64,000 nucleotides of DNA, from NCBI GenBank assembly GCA_043228905.1, contig JBHGNT010000002.1, positions 6,634,001 through 6,698,000 on the forward strand. The letters are read 5' to 3'. The notes beneath the pieces are model-generated. The model saw only the letters and a list, made by a program, of their open reading frames with translations. It searched no databases and was not told the origin of the DNA. The stretch is from Azolla caroliniana (Eukaryota > Plantae > Polypodiophyta). Position 1 is the stretch's first letter. Each line of letters begins with the position of its first letter. Shown here piece by piece: positions 13,861 through 26,510 of the stretch. The position numbers were made by a program, and so were the translations under genes.

Positions 13861-14030
13861 GCCAACGTGATGTGGCAATGGATCATGCATAATGAACCTA
13901 GGAATTTGGTATATAATTTTTTGTGCACGTTTATGGTGCTCATTTATATAATTAAAGCATTCTAATGTTTTTATTCATGGTGCAAAAATGACTAGTTATC
14001 ATTGGTAGCTTTTGCATAGCTAATTAGCTA

Positions 14031-15978
14031 TGTCAAGAATGAAGTCGAGAAAGCCACAAGTCGGCATGTCCAATGGAGGCAAGGAATACTTCTTTGATTC
14101 ATTCACAACATACCTTCGACAAGAAGGAATCTGACGAGAATTTTCATGTCGACATACGCCACAACAGGATGGAGTGGCCAAATGCAAAAATCGGCACATC
14201 TTCGAAGTAGCACGGGCCATGTTAAACGAGAAGCACATGCCGAAGTCATATTGGGCCGAAGTAGCAAATACTGCCATCTACCTCATGAACCGGTCCACAA
14301 CATCTGGAGTGCACGAACGTACCCTCACAAGAAGTACTATGGGAAGAAGCTAGATCTATCCCATGTAAGGATATTCGGCTCACTTGCATATGTGCACATT
14401 CCCCACGAAAAGTGACAAAAGCTAGATCCCAAGTTGGAGAAGTGTATCCTCGTAGGATACTCACTAGAGAAAAAGGGGTACAAATGCCTCAACCCCTCTA
14501 TTCGGAAGGTTCGTGTAAGTCGAGACACTGTCTTCGACGAATCGACATCTTGGTACGAACCTGAGCCAACTCCCGAACCATTTATGAACAACCTCAACAA
14601 CACAGAAGACAATGATCAACTAAGGTCAATACCCGAGGAGAGTCTGATCTCAACCAGATTGAGTGGACCACAAGAGCCTCCATGCAACCAAAGCACATCT
14701 TAGCCGAATCCAAAGATGGACAAAGGGAAGGCCAAAATGTCGGAATATGAAGACGATTAATCCGACGGTAACGAATTGACTCACTCACTCGACAATGAGT
14801 TTGGTGGCTTGATGTGCCTCTTATGAGGTCACCCAGAGTTAAGAAAGCACTCACATCGGCAAATGAGAAACTCCATCGCTCCACCCGAGAGAAGAATTCG
14901 GTTAGCTGATTCGGCTACAATGACTATATGGCATATCATTATGCCTTTATGATGAAGGTGGTGATAGTTCGTGAACTGGGAAATTTTTCCGAGCCAGCCA
15001 AGGATTCACGATGGGTTGAAGCAATGAATGAGGAGATGGGGGGCACTATGCAAGAACGAGACATGGGATCACGTTCCCCACTCACCACACAAAATGGCGT
15101 TCGGCTGCAAATGGATTTACAAAGCGAAATATAATGCCGACGGCTCCTTCAATCGCTACAAAGCCCGACTTGTAGCGAAAGGATACACACAAACATATGG
15201 AGTCGACTATGAAGAGACCTTTGCTCCGGTGGCAAAGATGACGACTATGCGGACCGTGATTGCACTTGCAACGACGAAAGGGTGGCACCTCCATTAGAAC
15301 GTCTTTCTTCAAGGTGAATTAGAAGATGAGGTGTACATGGTACAACCACACGACTTCGAATCCAACATCCATCCGAAAGCAGTCTACCGACCAAAGAAGC
15401 CATTCTACGGCCTTAAGCAAGCACCATGTGCTTGGCATTCGAAGATAGCACAATATCTTCATCGAATTGGCTTTAGAATGTCGAAATCTGACAACTCCCT
15501 CTACATAAGAAGCGATTCTAGAAGTCCGATTGTCATCATCCTATACATGGATGATCTGGTCATTGGAGGTGAAAATCTAGTCGACATCAACAAGGTCAAG
15601 TCCCTCCTCTTTGGCAAATTCGAGATCACGGACATGAAAGAGCTTCATTACTTCCTAGGTATTGAAGTAATTCAAACTCTAGTCGGCATTATGATCTCTG
15701 AATGACAATACATCCTTAACTTGCCATACAAGTTTGGGATAACTGAGTGTAAGTCTGTGGCAATCCCTCTCGATCGGAACCTAAAGCTAGTTGCCGACTC
15801 CGACACGGAAAACTGCAAACCGGCTCAATATCGGCAACTGATTGGTAGCCTCATCTATCTCACAATCACTCGACCCGACGTCAGCTACCAATTGGTCTCC
15901 TTAGCCAATTTGTGCAAAAACCACGTGACAATCACATGGATTGTGCTAAGCGAGTGTTATGATACGTATGCGACACAA
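14031..15978 (+). pseudogene. Copia B integrase-RT, degenerate (copy 1, truncated)
   Basis: [56 protein letters not shown] and LYMDD, with many stops and frameshifts. Confidence 0.92.
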
Positions 15979-18900
15979 ATCTAAACAAAAAGGAGGTTTA
16001 GGTTTGATTGATCCATTTATGCAAAGTAAAGCCTTACTTACTAAACATGTTGTTAGGATTTTATTGCCAAGAGAGCAGCTATGGGAAAAGCTATGGATTC
16101 AGCATTTACATAAGGTCAAGCCATCGTTAGGTGGTCAATGGAATGATAGACTTAGATGGTTTTTTAATGCAGATTTTCAGCTACCTAAGTCAAATGTTGG
16201 ATCGTTACGGTTCTTTAATGGAATTTTTCATGGTTGGGAAAGTCTTCAGCAAGCACTTGCTTTCTTGCCACCGAGAAGCTATCATTAATTTATGCATCAA
16301 CCATTGATGTGGAATCCTTTATTTACTGATGAAGCTACATGTGTTTTGGGTTTACACCCTAGGTTATCGTGGGCTGCAATGGACAATGGTCCAACTTGTA
16401 CGATTGTGGATTGGATAAAGTTTCTACCACCGAGAAGCTATCATTAATTTATGCATCAACCATTGATATAGAATCCTTTATTTACTGATGAAGCTACATG
16501 TGTTTTGGGTTTACACCCTAGGTTATCGTGGGCTGCAATGGACAATGGTCCAACTTGTACGATTGTGGATTGGATAAAGTTTCTACCACCGAGAAGCTAT
16601 CATTAATTTATGCATCAACCATTGATATAGAATCCTTTATTTACTGATGAAGCTACATATGTTTTGGGTTTACACCCTAGGTTATCGTGGGCTACAATGG
16701 ACAATGGTCCAACTTGTACGATTGTGGATTGGATAAAGTTTCTACCACCGAGAAGCTATCATTAATTTATGCATCAACCATTGATATGGAATCCTTTATT
16801 TACTGATGAAGCTACATGTGTTTTGGGTTTACACCCTAGGTTATCGTGGGCTGCAATGGACAATGGTCCAACTTGTACGATTGTGGATTGGATAAAGTTT
16901 CTACCACCGAGAAGCTATCATTAATTTATGCATCAACCATTGATATGGAATCCTTTATTTACTGATGAAGCTACATGTGTTTTGGGTTTACACCCTAGGT
17001 TATCGTGGGCTACAATGGACAATGGTCCAACTTGTACGATTGTGGATTGGATAAAGTTTCTACAGTCTTCAACGCAGGATCAAACCAATAGGTTATCTAA
17101 CTTAAGAGGGACTAAGATCATGTTATCGCAATTGACCACAATGCATAACATCATAGTGCCAACGTTGCAATTCAATCATTTTCAGAGTTGGTACGGTATG
17201 TTCTCGACACTCAATATACTCATAGGAGCTCGGTTATATCATCAAAATGGCAGCCTCGATTTTTATGAAGTTATGGACAATGGTAGGTTGATACTAGTGG
17301 ATGAGGAGTCTCCAATCATGTCAGCTACGAAGCAGCTGCCAATGCGAGTAATTGCTAGATTAGATAAAAAACAATATATCGATCCTAATCCACTAATTGC
17401 TCATTTCTCATCTCATATTTGGGTGTTACACTCTAGGCCAATTGACAATCTGCAGTGGTATCGGATTATGGTTGGAAACTGTTCATGTCTGACTCTTTGA
17501 CTAAGGTCCTCCCTTTCTTCACATATTCGGTGGCATTTGGGAGGAATTTTACGTTGAATCAGATTGACTCGATACTTCCTAGAAAAAAGTATTAGGAGGA
17601 AGGTAATGCCTCATCTTCTCATATGGTGATGTTTTTGAAACAGTTTTGGTCAATTAAATGCATGAATAAGATATTGCATATTCGGTGGTTGATGATTCAT
17701 TATGCATTGCCAGTAGGTGATTTGCTAAGGGGATCGGTGAGTAATCGGTCATGTGTTATGTGTGGGTATGCGTTTGCGACATTGCATCATGCATTTTGGG
17801 AATGTGTTGCCGCAAAAACTTTTTGGTGTCAAATTCTTAGGCTTCTAGGTCATAAGTATAGATCGGCTATTTTCACATGAGGTGCAGTCTTTTGGGGAAT
17901 GTTGGATCAACAAAGAGCTTTTTATCATTATCATCATTCTTCCTTGTCTTTACATGTAAGAAGTTTTCAAGTATATTCTACTTCAAGTTCCTTGGAGGGA
18001 ATTAAGTTCTTCCCGCGGAGTTATGTTTGGTAGATTGTCTCCTCATTGGCTTTATGGGTTCTTTGGAAAGCTAGGTGTTCCAAGTTATACAATGATGAAA
18101 ACACTCACGTTGTGTATCATGTAAAGACTTTTTGGAACTTATTCGTACATATAGTTAAAGGTGATTATGATAGTTATAAGGGTTCCAGAAACACAACTAT
18201 TCGGTAAAGACGGAGAATTCGCTGAGTTTGGTAAGCTATTCCTATAATGTTAGATGCATGCGCTAAGGTCAGGTGGAATTACGTACCACCTCGGTGGTTG
18301 TTCCCGCCACCGAGACCATTCTTACTACAAACAACATGAGTTAACATGGATGAGGTGGTTGCGGAATGTAGGAAGGCTCTTGGAATGTACAAGGTGTGGG
18401 GGCTGAAGCAGAGTATTATGATGAAGTAGGAAATTTTTTGACTTAATTTTTGGCTGTCAGTACAGGATTTTAGCAGGAGTTGGCAGAAATACTGAGATAA
18501 TCGGAGATAACGAGATGGTGGATGTGGACATGAAGAAGCTGGTTTTTTGTTTTTGTGAGTAGGATGAGTGATGTTGGTGTGGGGGATGAAGCAGATTATT
18601 ATGAGAAGGTGAGGAATTTTTTACACTCATTTTTTTATTGTTAGTACAGGATTTGCCTGGTAATCGGCGACATGGAAAGAGGGTTTAGCGAGATGCTGTA
18701 GATGTGGGCTGAGTTAAGAAGATGTTATGGTTCTTATAGGTTGAGGTATGATGGCGATGGGGTTTGAAGCATAAGTATCATGATGAGAGGATGAGTGGTG
18801 ATGGTGTGAGGGCCGAAGACGATCATGAGGGGATGAGGAGACTCTTTTTGTTGTTATTTTTACAGGACTTTGGTGGTAAGCGGCGAGATAGTTGATGCGG

Positions 18901-19157
18901 ATCGACCAAAGCAGAATTATGTTTTGTGATAAGGTTGAGTGAAGATGGTGGGGGATCGAAGCAGATTTTCTTGTTGAAGTGAGGAGGACATAGATCATCT
19001 TGTTTTAGGGAGATTAATTACAAGTACATTTTCAATGTTAGTGGAGATGAAGGACATGCTCGTTGTGATATGTACAATTATGTACAATTTGTACATTGCC
19101 TTTGGCATTGTTAATTTTAATACCAATGAAGCATTTTTTTTATCGAAAAAGAAAGAA
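15979..19157 (+). mobile_element. L1-like LINE 3' half (post-RT region, zinc finger, 3' UTR, A-rich tail)
   Basis: KQKGGLGLIDP and CVMCGYAFATLHHAFWEC are present. It is paralogous to 56620-59027. The tail gaaaaagaaagaa is followed by AGAAAGAAGG at 19158-19167. Confidence 0.88.
16268..17062 (+). repeat. 5 x 159-bp tandem amplification inside the LINE
   Basis: ccaccgagaagctatcatt recurs every 159 bp from 16268. The paralog at about 56900-57060 has a single unit. Confidence 0.95.
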
Positions 19158-19404
19158 AGAAAGAAGGTGACTACATAAAGCACCTTTCTCCTACTCCTTA
19201 TGGTGTTGGTTGTCTTACTCTTGTTAATACAATCGTTTTTTGTATAACTCTCTCTCTCCCTCTTGGTCACACACACACACACACGTGGATGAGCTTGGAT
19301 TAGGCTACCAATCGCTCTGATACCATGTAAAGAATCGGATATGATTTTGTGCAGTAGAAGGAATATGTGTGTTTACGTGCGCGCGCGCGTGTGTGTATGT
19401 GTAG

Positions 19405-19445
<41 letters not shown>

Positions 19446-19663
19446 ATACAAGAAATGACTATATTAACAATAGTAAGACAACCAACACCATAAGGAGTAG
19501 GAGAAAGGTGCTTTATGTAGTCACCTTCTTTCTATACTTTAACAACCACTTACTAAACAGAGGTGGAGACTTAACTACACTAAATATGTTTAATAGAACT
19601 TTAGGGTTCTATGAAACATTAAATATCCCTTACGCTACAGAGAATCATATCTGATTCTTTACA
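19158..19663. repeat. Head-to-head copia LTR fragments forming an inverted repeat, with a PBS
   Basis: 19158-19284 is the reverse complement of about 19388-19533. A minus-strand PBS TGGTATCAGAGC lies at 19314-19325. LTR end sequences occur at 19326 and, inverted, at 19642-19663. Confidence 0.85.
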
Positions 19664-21093
19664 AAATATTTATTGAAAATATGGTAAGTTTCGTCTTCTT
19701 ATTAGCTTATGCCTAGACAATGGGTCTTTAACAACCATTACATGCAAAATGGACCTTCGAAATAAAATTCCAAATTTCATGGTGTTGGGGTAGGAGCGTA
19801 GTTGGAATATGCAGAGTGCTTTCATGTTTGATGTTAGACATGGAGTAAATGTATTCATCAAAAGTTTAAAGACATATTTATTTATGGATGCTAGAACATG
19901 TGGGGATTGTTTCATCATCCGGATGCAAGAGAGAGAGTGTGTGAACGAACCAAAGAAAAGAGATAAATTACGAGATGGAACAGGAATGTGCTTGATCTGC
20001 CTGTGTCGGGAGGGCACCAATATGTATTATAATGGTAGTTTGTACATACAATTAATCAATTGTGTGGTTTACCTGAGACCTATATATATATAGAGAGAGA
20101 ATGAACCAAACAAAAGATATAAAAGAAAACAAAATAGAAATATATTATCCTGAACTAGATAGTTGACACTGTGAACATTATATAATTGAAAAGTACTCAC
20201 ATTGTTTTGTTGTGTGAGGGGCTTTTTTGTTATAAGTTCAGAAGCAACCTAATAATAGAGGCACATGCCACAATGCAAAATACTTAAAAAGGAAATAATG
20301 AGTATCATGCTTATGAGCAACCTAATCATGCACGCCATACAAGTTGTGTGTGTGTGTGCATGTATCAATGATTTGTAAGATTGAAATGTAAGGCCTCATA
20401 TTTAGGACCACATCTCAAACCAACGAGAAAATGTCAAGGCCTATGTAATGAACTTCAACCCTTAGAGGTGGGTGACAAACCACACTTTGTTATATGGACC
20501 TCTCAACCCACATAGTTGACGATAGATAGGTTTGAACAATGAGAGAAGAAGAGCCAAGGGATCATTTAGACTATAGTGCGACAAGTGAACTGTATTGTAA
20601 ATTTTCAAGATCATGTGTTTCTGAAGGGGTTGTGGATGCAAGTTGTGGATGCAATATGACATGGAGCCTTGGATTTTCAATGTGAGATGAAATGGAGATA
20701 GATTTTTTTGTTTATTTTTTTTCAAAAGGCATACAATTTGCAAAAAGGAGAGAAGAAAACATGATTCGTTCAAGGTTTACATTAAAAAAGGGTTGACCTT
20801 TTTCCGGTTCAATAGGATGGTTGAGATCTACATATCCATAGGAAGGTTGACATCTGCTTATCCATAGGAAAGTTGCACAAAGCAGGGTGACTTCTTTCTG
20901 CCTTATCACCTTCCCTTTCTAGTGGTGCTAAGATGCACCATAAAAAGAGCAAGGTGGGGGGCAATCAGATACCACCATATCATTCATTCCCAAGCTTTGC
21001 CTTCATATTCTACACAAGGAGAGATTTAATTAACACATAAGTTAGGCAACATATCTACTAGCACACACACACACAAACAAAATAAAAATAAAA

Positions 21094-22242
21094 ATGAATA
21101 TGGTTATGAGGTTCAATGCTCACCCCACTCTCATAAGTGTGCTTCTTGTCATCGTTAGCGCGGCTGCTGTTATCGCAGCTAGGCGTCCGGAAGGCCTCAC
21201 ACCGGGTTTCTACGAGCAATCGTGCCCGTCGGTTTTCACGATCGTGAAGGATGTTGTGGCCTCGGCAGTTCAGAGTGATGCGAGGATGGCCGGCTCTTTG
21301 CTTCGCCTACATTTCCATGATTGCTTCGTAAACGTATGCGCCATACATTCATATTTACGCACATGAATGTGCGCACACATGTGTGGGTCATATTTGATCA
21401 TTGGTCTCGTACTCTCATGGTTGTCTTAAGTGTTGTTGTGGTGTTTGGCCCTCATGCAGGGATGTGATGCTTCGGTCTTGTTGGACGACACCGCCACGGC
21501 CACGGGCGAGAAGAATGCTCGGCCCAATCGTAACTCCCTCCGCGGATTCGAGGTTGTGGATGCCATCAAATCGCAGCTGGAAAGCACGTGCCCTGGTGTC
21601 GTCTCGTGCGCCGACATCCTTGCCATCGCGGCGCGTGATGCCGTCGTGCAAGTCGAGGGCCCCACATGGGACGTAAAATTGGGCCGCCAGGATAGCCTCT
21701 CCGCTAGCACCTCGGACGCCAACACCATGCTCCCTGGACCCTCCGAATCCTTGGCTGCCATCATCGCCAAGTTCGCAGCGGTTGGCCTATCGGAGCAGGA
21801 CGTCGCTTCCTTATCAGGAGCTCACACCCTCGGCCGAGCTCGTTGCTCATTGGTTGCCCAACGTCTCTACAACTTCAGCGGCACCGGCGAACCCGACCCC
21901 ACTTTATCTACTTCTTACTTGGAGGTACTACGCGCATTCTGTGGTCCCCCGTCCACCGCGTCCACGTCGAGAGTCCTTGCCAACCTTGACGTCTCCACCC
22001 CCGATGTGTTTGATAACAAATACTACCAAAACCTTAAGGCCTCCAACGGATTTCTAGTCTCCGACCAAGAGTTACTCTCTACGCCTGGCTCGGCGACTGT
22101 TGGATTGGTCAATGCATTCTCCGCCAACCAAATGGCCTTCTTTGTCGCCTTTGCTAGGTCGATGGTCAAAATGAGTGACATTAGCCCCCTCCTCGCTCCG
22201 AATGGTCAAATCCGAACGAATTGTCATGTTGTCAACGCGTAA
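21094..22242 (+). CDS. PRX: Class III secretory peroxidase (Prx-a), intact, about 340 aa, 2 exons
   Basis: Exon 1 is 21094-21333 (signal peptide, [19 protein letters not shown]|GT). Exon 2 is 21460-22242 (AG|[36 protein letters not shown]). Confidence 0.96.
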
Positions 22243-23571
22243 ACCCTTAGACCAATGTAAATTGTAAATGACTCCAATATTTAGAATAGCACTACGTAAC
22301 ACTAAGAATAAATGATACCTGTAAATACTTTTAACATTTTAAATAAATGGCATGCATATTGTATACGTTCATTATCATAACATGTAACCGCATTGGGAGT
22401 GAAACCTTTGGCTAAAAAGGTGATGTTGCCCACAACCTACATCTATTGAACCTTGATTTTCATAGCAAGAAGATCGCGAATTTAATGAAGGGAGGTAAAG
22501 AAAAAATCAAGCTTGGTGGTCCAGAAAGAAAATGGATCAACACTTCTCCACTGACAATTCTTTCTTTATTCGAAAGTTATTGTAGCTATATACTTATGAT
22601 GTTTGAAACCCAATATTGAGCTGAAGCATAGTAATTTCCACTAAAGCTCACATACTTATGATATATTGGATTGGTTTTGGGTGACACTCACCTATAACTA
22701 GAGGCTTTATTAAACATCACTTCAAAAAAGTTAATCAAGAAAAACATATACTTTATGGTATATTGATTTAATAGTAAAGATTATGGAGCCTTAAAACCTA
22801 GAGATAGAGAGGGAATAAGGGTTTGTGTGTGTATTATTTGTGTTTATCTTCATATCTATGTGTGTTTGTGTAGGGCGATTGTGTATTGGTCGGGTTGAGA
22901 GGTAGATAGATTTTACTATAAACTTCCAATGTCAAATTTACTTCTGAGACCAAATGTGAAACATTTTTCAATATATAACACATATTGTATATCTACAGTG
23001 CATATACAATATGATTGGGAGAGTCATAAGAATGGAGATAGGATCCATTTTACAATATGTTCAAAGGAGATTCACAAAAGTATAGTCCTTTAGATCAATT
23101 TGGATTTTTTGTCTCTAAACCACATTATAATCAATATAATTGTGTGAACTAGTAGAATGAAACAAAATTTGTTTTAGGGATCTACAAATATTTTGATCCA
23201 GATCATAAGGGATCAATAAATATTTTTAAAAAGAAAGAAATATCAATATTTTTTAAGAAGACAAAATGGCATGTCAAACCAAACAAGAAAAAGACATTAT
23301 CGTTGTGATAAATGTTACATCAAGAACTTCAACGAACTTACCTTTTTGGTCTTTCCACATATATTTTTGTTCTTCTTTAGTGTGCCACTTTTTCTTGGAA
23401 TACAAACGATGTGATTTGATTTTCTTCGCTTTTCTATTAGACATATCATTATATTTCTTGAATTTTTCAATGAATTGTCATTAATTTGTGTCGGTGTCAT
23501 AAAATGTGTGTGTGTGTGAATGTTGAGTGGGACCATCAAGAACTTGAACTAGAGAAGATGGATCTCATAAC

Positions 23572-23724
23572 TAGGGATCAACAACAATTCGGTTTAGGCT
23601 TAGCCGGTTTGACCTGATCCAAGCCAAACCGGCTAAGCCTAAACCGTTTACAGGATCTCAAACCTGAACCGAACCGAACTGGTTCATAAACCGGTTTTGT
23701 AAACGGCTTGGAAACCTCCCTCCG

Positions 23725-23766
<42 letters not shown>

Positions 23767-24404
23767 GGTAAAATCACACAATTATATTAATTGTATGTAA
23801 AATCCACTTAGTTACAACACTTCTTAGTCTCCTCTACTTATCATATGCCTATGTAGGGAGAGGGACGTTCTGTAATGCTACTAAAAAACCTGAATATGCA
23901 TTTGAGGAAATGATCCCTACCTCCCTCTCTCTCCCTCAGATGATCCACTATATACTATATAGTATACATTGTACAAGCTCTCCCTCCCACTCTCTCTCTC
24001 ACGTCTGTGGTCTCGACTCTCTCCCTCTCCCTCTCTCTCTCCCCTCTATGTAGTTTCTCTCTCTCTCTTTCTCCTTATCTGTTCTCTCCCTCCCTCCCTC
24101 TCTCTCTCTCTCCCATCGCATGTTTAGTCTCCCTCCCTCCCTCTCTCCCTCTCTCCCTCCCTCTCTCTTTCTCCTTGTATGTTGTCTCCCTCCCTCTCTC
24201 TCTTTCTCTCTCGCCCCCTCTCTTTAAAGTTTATAAACGGCTTAGCTGGCTTGAGCCGGTTTGACAAGGCTCAAGCCAAGCCAACCTGAGCTCAAATCGT
24301 TAAGGCAAGTTCAAGCCTAAACCGAGCCGAGCCGAGCCGCTAAGCCGCTTTAAGCCGTCTAAGCCAAAGGGTTTAGGCTTGAGCCGAGCCATTGCCAATC
24401 CCTA
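23572..24404. mobile_element. Non-autonomous hAT-type element
   Basis: Termini TAGGGAT.../...ATCCCTA, a perfect 8-bp TSD CTCATAAC (23564-23571 / 24405-24412), and subterminal aaaccg/aagccg repeats. Confidence 0.92.
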
Positions 24405-25374
24405 CTCATAACGACATTGTTGATAAAGGATTGCATAACTTTCTTTTCATGATTTCTATGGGTGCACTTGTAGGTGTCGGTGTTTGCTTTATGTTTAGGG
24501 GAAATTTTGATTTCATTGGGTTGTCAATGCTTTGCTTGAGTATCACATGTTGACACAATGTTTTGCCTTGGATCATATTTGACCATGCTTTCCACACATC
24601 TTCGACGATGCCAGATCCTTGCATGAATTTCTCTTACAACCACAATGTGTGCTGTCAATTGTAACGTTCATTGTTAAAGTTCTTGAACATCAAGAGTCAC
24701 TACTCACTTTCACATGTATCACGTGAAGTGTAATATTTTTTGTTGCATGGGTCATATTTGACCCCCCAAGATAATACTAGAATCTATCTATCTATAGGAG
24801 GAGGTGTGCCCTTTGTATTCAACTTATATTCCTCCATCCATGTTATGCTCATACACCTTTTTATTCTTTAAAGATCTCTTCACAACTCATTGCCCCTCCT
24901 TTTCTTTTCTCCTCCTTTACATTTCTCTCCCTTCTTCTCAACATGCTCCCTCTCTATGTTTTCCCACTTTCTACCTTCGGTTGGACCACATTGTGAACAT
25001 GTAAAGAGAGAAGAAGATTGGAAATTTTGTGTTTTGAAAGGAAAGACCAAATTTTATTTTTCCCATTCTCTTAATTAATAAAGTTCCTAAACTCCCATAA
25101 GTTTTTAGAAGATTAATAATGCCAAGAATTTTGGAACCAACGAAAAACATTGTGTCTTTTGAGTAAAATGTTTAATCACCACAAGTATAGTGTTCATGAT
25201 GATATATTTATCATAATAACATCATACAGATATTACAAGGGTTCATTATTAATGTCACTAGGATTTACTCAAACTTATTTTGAGATTCATTATGGTACAA
25301 ATATGAACTATCTTGAGTGTCACAAAGTGTGATTATAAATACTTTGAAGCTACATCCAATGCGATTGTCGAACT

Positions 25375-26510
25375 TTAAGCATTGACAAAACGGCAATTCC
25401 TTCGGATTTGGCCGTTGGGAGCTAAAAGAGGGCTAATGTCACCCATTTTGACCATAGATCTCGCAAACGCGGCAAAGAAGGCCTTTTGGTTACTAGCAAA
25501 AGCATTGACCAATCGGATGGTGGCAGCGCCAGGCGTTGACAGCAACTCTTGGTCGGAGGCGAGAAGTCCTTTGGAGAACTTGAGGTTCTTGAAGTATTTG
25601 TTGTCGAACACATCGGGGGTGGTAACGTCGAGGTTGGCAGGGGCTTCCGAGGTCAACGCGGTGGACGGGGGCCCGCAAAACGCCCGTAATAGGTTCGAGT
25701 AAGAAGTGGAGAGGGTGGGGTCGGGTAGTCCGGTTCCGTTGAAGTTGTAGAGGCGTGGGGCGACAAATGAGCAACGAGCTCGGCCGATGGTGTGAGCGCC
25801 GGACAAGGAAGCGACGTCGTCCTCCGAGAGGCCGACGGCTGCGAACTTGGTGATGATGGTGGCCAACGATTCAAAGGCTCCAGGGAGCATGGTGTTGGCG
25901 GCTGAGGTGTTAGCGCGGAGGCTATCACGCCGGCCCAATTTCACGTCCCACGAGGGGCCCTGGACTTGGACAACAGCGTCTCGTGCCACGATGGCGAGGA
26001 TGTCGGCGCACGAAACGACGCCAGGGCATGCGTCTTCGAGCCGCGATTTGATGGCATCCACGACCTGGAATCCGTCGAGGGAGTTCCGGTTGGGCGCCGC
26101 ATTCTTCTCGCCCTTGCTCGTGGCGGTGTCGTCCAACAAGACCGAAGCATCACATCCCTGCATGACGGATCAAACACCACAACAACAACAACAACAACAC
26201 TTAGACACATTCGATGCTAATGGATACGAGAATGCGTCGATGAATTCCGGGTTACATGTACGAAGCAGTCGTGGAAGTGTAGACGGAGCAACGCGGCGGC
26301 CATGGTTGGGTCGCTCCGAACCGCTGATCTGACGCGATGCCTCACAATCCTGAAAACGGACGGACATGATCGCTCGTAGAATCTCGGGGAGAGGGCTCGT
26401 GGAGGCCCATGGTGGCCTCCAGTGGCAGCCATAGAAGCCACCATGGAGGAGCTAATAATGATGGCCAGAAGCAGAGTAATATGAATAGAGAGAGTGCTAA
26501 ATCTCGTCAT
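25375..26510 (-). CDS. PRX: Class III secretory peroxidase (Prx-b1), intact, about 345 aa, 2 exons
   Basis: Exon 1 is 26256-26510 ([19 protein letters not shown]|GT). Exon 2 is 25375-26157 ([28 protein letters not shown]). It is convergent with Prx-a. Confidence 0.96.

Noticed and set aside
13262-13943. Extensin-like or metallothionein-like proteins from the 84-bp repeat
   Set aside because: Several frames are open simply because the unit is a multiple of 3. The ORF limits differ between the two copies.
23266-24770. Possible piggyBac-like remnant around the hAT element (gggtcatatttgaccc at about 24750)
   Set aside because: No matching second end, TTAA TSD or convincing transposase motif was found.
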